The notes beneath the pieces are model-generated. The model did not search any database. It was not told the origin of the DNA and saw nothing but the letters and a program-made list of their open reading frames with translations. DNA of 47,056 nucleotides from Chryseobacterium gleum (GTDB lineage Bacteria; Bacteroidota; Bacteroidia; NS11-12g; UBA955): assembly GCA_945870885.1 (NCBI GenBank), contig CAMBTR010000002.1, positions 1 to 47,056 of the forward strand, written 5' to 3'. Of this stretch, positions 44,449-47,056 are shown piece after piece. Numbering within the stretch: position 1 is the first letter of the stretch; each line of letters opens with the position of its first letter. The translations under genes and the position numbers were made by a program.

Positions 44449-46971
44449 TTATTTACCCATCAAGGCCGCTCCAGTTGCATTGATCCAAACCGTTTTTTCA
44501 CCTTGCAAGGCATACCAATATCCAGGATATTCTGTATCGGTTATCGCATCGTAAATTATAGGTACAATTACATCGCCGAAGCTGTTTACCACACCCCATT
44601 TTTCATTGCTTTTTACCATGTAATGGGAGGGTTTTTGGGAAACGATGATTTCTTGGTATTTGGGCTTTAGGCTCCATTGCATCGAAGGCAAACAAAGTAA
44701 TCCCGTTCCAGATGATTTGCTTGCCAACCATTCGTAGCCGTTTAGTTTGCTGAGGCTAGTAAGGCTGTCCGACAATAACACTTTACCGTTTGCATGTGTG
44801 ATAAACCAACTATTACCAATGGGCTCCAAGAGCAATGTGTCTGTAAGTTGTTGTATAGCGGTTGTTTTTACCTTACGAACTGTTTTGGTATAGGCGTGAT
44901 AAAGGATCCAATTTTTCTTTTGACGTGCGAAAACCATTCCATCACCTTGCATTCTAAAATCGTCGATCGCGCCTTTGATGGGCAAATTGAATTCACCGCG
45001 AGAGTAATAGAAATTCCATTTTTTGTTCTTCAGGAGCGCCACTGTACTGCCTACGAGTAGGGCTTTTTCATAGATCGGGGGCACCAAAATTCTTCCTAGG
45101 GTATCGATGATTCCCCAGCCTTTTTGTTGCACAAGGGTGTATGGTTTTCCGAAATCTACGGCTTCGGAGTATTCCGCGCTGCATTGAATGGTATCGCGCC
45201 AAAGGCAGTATCCATCGTTGATTTTGCCCATGAAACGACCAAAAGGCAGTGAGGTCATGCTTTCGTACGCGAAGGGGGTTAATGAATTCCCTAGCGTATC
45301 TATTAAGGCCCAATTTCCATTGATTTGGGCGGCGCATCGATTTTTGACCCACAGTTTGGCGGGGGATTCGGTGGGTTCATTTTCCCAGGTTTCAAAACCT
45401 ATTGCATCGTATTTGGGCGGGGTAATCAGCTTCCCAGATTCATTGAAAAGTGCCCATTTTTTGTTCGTTTTTAATGCTCCTCGATGGGCGGCGGTATCGT
45501 ATCGTAGATTTTCGAATTTGCAGGGCAACAGTTCTTTGCCGCGGTAATTGAGAATGCCCCATCTTCCGCCGCGTTGTACAAAGGCCATACTGCTGCTGAA
45601 CTGATAAATGGTTTCGTAATTGTTTTTGGTAAAGGGTTTTCCATCCTTGGTGATATAGCTGTATTCAATCAGGCCAAAGGTATCGGTACGCATGACCAGG
45701 GCGCATCCCGGGATTAGGGTGGAACCGTTTTCAACGAAATGCGATTTGTTGTTATTCAACGCAAACGGGTAGGCCATTTTATAGTCCAATTCCATCCAGG
45801 GCTGACCGGTAGATGAATCTGCAAAGTAAAATCCGTCTTTGATTGAGTAGGCAAAGGGGACGGGAATCACGGTAAGTGCCCGAAGTAGGAACTGTGCCCG
45901 CATCGTGAGATCTTGCCTTCCAATTGGGGGCTGGGGCTGATTCTTGAGGTAATTTTCATAGGCCTCAACGGAATTGATTTGCTGGGCACGCTCAAAGGCC
46001 ATCGCATCCAATTTTTGAAGGATCGAATTCTTTTGAGGTGCTTTTGGATACATTTTTAGGAATCTGAGATAGCTAGATTCTTGGTCCTCGCTGCAAGCCA
46101 ATTCATATTCCCACTGAACGAGAGTATCTTCCGCTTGCTGAATCATTTGCTTCACCTGTTGGGCGGGCTTTTTGATTTTTAGCAATTGTGATCTCCGTGC
46201 CGATAAGGCTTGGATATCCCGCGAGTGCATCAAGGAATCGAATTCTAAACGTTCGATATATTCTTTTTGAAATTCAATGAGTTTGTGGTGTGATTTGAGT
46301 GAGATGGATTCAAATTTTGGTGCGTGGAATGCAGTATCTGCTGGCGTTTTGAGTTTGGCTACAGCTTGATTAAAAGTCTCATCTTCGATGCGTTGAATGG
46401 CGATTTGATAGTTAGAAATTCGTTCGTGGTTGAATTCAATTTCTTGTAATAACTTTCTTGCGTGCTCCAGGTTGTAATTCGGCTTTTGCGTCCACCAGAT
46501 TTGGGTAAGATCGAACAACAATGAATCTGTGTTCCTATAGTTTAAGCCATATTTGTTTTCGTACTTTTTCCAGACTTCCCCCGATTTGTCTTTCCCGGCC
46601 TTGCTGATTGTTCGCGTTCCCCAATATTGCATTGCCGTTAAGGCGAGACGGAGTTGGGCGTTGGATTCTTTGTTGTTAGGCAGCAGTGCTTGGGCGTGAT
46701 ATAGCACAGGGTTGATACTGTCTTTGGTGAATCGCCTTTTGAATAAAATGAGTGCCGCTTCTTGTTGATTGAGTTGAGCGATATCTTCTGATGTGTGATT
46801 TGTATCTTTCGGTACCGAAGATTTTCGGAGTTTGGATATCGATTTGGCGGATTTGGAGGAAATGCGAATGAGTTTGAGTGCTTTTTCTATGGGGTCTGCG
46901 TTTGATGTACCGATCCAAGCGAGAAGGCTTAGGAAAACAGTTGACATCAGTAGCGGACCACGAAATTTCAT
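44449..46971 (-). CDS. Large secreted WG-repeat (KWG-type) protein with helical N-terminal half
   Basis: About 840 aa with a signal peptide. The C-terminal half has many copies of the W(G/A)(I/L/V)(I/V)(D/N)..G..(I/L)(I/V/T)P..Y motif (KGWGIIDTLGRILVPPIYE, EKWGVVNSFGDVIVPIIYD). Start set to ATG 46971; TTG 46980 is possible. Confidence 0.75.
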   Translation of the reverse strand: MKFRGPLLMSTVFLSLLAWIGTSNADPIEKALKLIRISSKSAKSISKLRKSSVPKDTNHTSEDIAQLNQQEAALILFKRRFTKDSINPVLYHAQALLPNNKESNAQLRLALTAMQYWGTRTISKAGKDKSGEVWKKYENKYGLNYRNTDSLLFDLTQIWWTQKPNYNLEHARKLLQEIEFNHERISNYQIAIQRIEDETFNQAVAKLKTPADTAFHAPKFESISLKSHHKLIEFQKEYIERLEFDSLMHSRDIQALSARRSQLLKIKKPAQQVKQMIQQAEDTLVQWEYELACSEDQESSYLRFLKMYPKAPQKNSILQKLDAMAFERAQQINSVEAYENYLKNQPQPPIGRQDLTMRAQFLLRALTVIPVPFAYSIKDGFYFADSSTGQPWMELDYKMAYPFALNNNKSHFVENGSTLIPGCALVMRTDTFGLIEYSYITKDGKPFTKNNYETIYQFSSSMAFVQRGGRWGILNYRGKELLPCKFENLRYDTAAHRGALKTNKKWALFNESGKLITPPKYDAIGFETWENEPTESPAKLWVKNRCAAQINGNWALIDTLGNSLTPFAYESMTSLPFGRFMGKINDGYCLWRDTIQCSAEYSEAVDFGKPYTLVQQKGWGIIDTLGRILVPPIYEKALLVGSTVALLKNKKWNFYYSRGEFNLPIKGAIDDFRMQGDGMVFARQKKNWILYHAYTKTVRKVKTTAIQQLTDTLLLEPIGNSWFITHANGKVLLSDSLTSLSKLNGYEWLASKSSGTGLLCLPSMQWSLKPKYQEIIVSQKPSHYMVKSNEKWGVVNSFGDVIVPIIYDAITDTEYPGYWYALQGEKTVWINATGAALMGK

Positions 46972-47056
46972 TCGCGCCAAATGTGCAAACCTTATGCCAC
47001 AGTTAGTACAGCGGATGTTGGGGCTTGTTTTGAAGAATGGTTTCGATGTGCTCCAT

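Noticed and set aside
47003-47056. Possible 3' end of a minus-strand gene entering from the right edge (...MEHIETILQNKPQHPLY*)
   Set aside because: Only 17 codons are visible, which is too little to call.
1-47056. CRISPR arrays, IS elements or MITEs, DnaA-box clusters or a dif site
   Set aside because: Reading the intergenic regions, I saw no regularly spaced repeats, no terminal inverted repeats flanking a transposase-like ORF, and no TTATCCACA clusters. Intergenic space is too small to hide such elements, although a computational repeat scan would be more reliable than my eye.

Overview
This window reads as a densely packed, mostly housekeeping core segment of a Bacteroidota chromosome. 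Lineage markers are a type-B T9SS C-terminal sorting domain, FecR with a Bacteroides-type ECF sigma, BshA, an archaeal-type ProRS, and TAnnTTTG promoter boxes. I support about 39 protein genes, including fabD, miaB, two ABC-F ATPases, class II RNR nrdJ, proS, manC/kpsF, recQ, bshA, tadA, rsgA, metF, two PDZ-bearing peptidases and an MscS channel. There is also one tRNA-Arg(CCG), two hairpin terminators and a set of promoter-like boxes. I see no rRNA, CRISPR array, transposase, integrase, prophage genes or recognisable defence genes. I did not find a convincing novel multi-gene system, and I say so plainly. The most unusual signals are: (1) a FecR anti-sigma gene cut by one in-frame TAA into a 57-aa sigma-binding piece and a 301-aa membrane/sensor piece, with no sigma or TonB-dependent transducer beside it and a 1034-aa T9SS cargo gene directly downstream; (2) exact -7 promoter boxes 4-7 nt from the start codons of five genes, implying leaderless mRNAs; (3) a promoter, hairpin and terminator-like leader in front of an EamA transporter gene; (4) all eight convergent gene junctions being 21 nt or shorter, three with overlapping stop codons. 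All product calls come from motifs I recognise by eye; no database search was possible.
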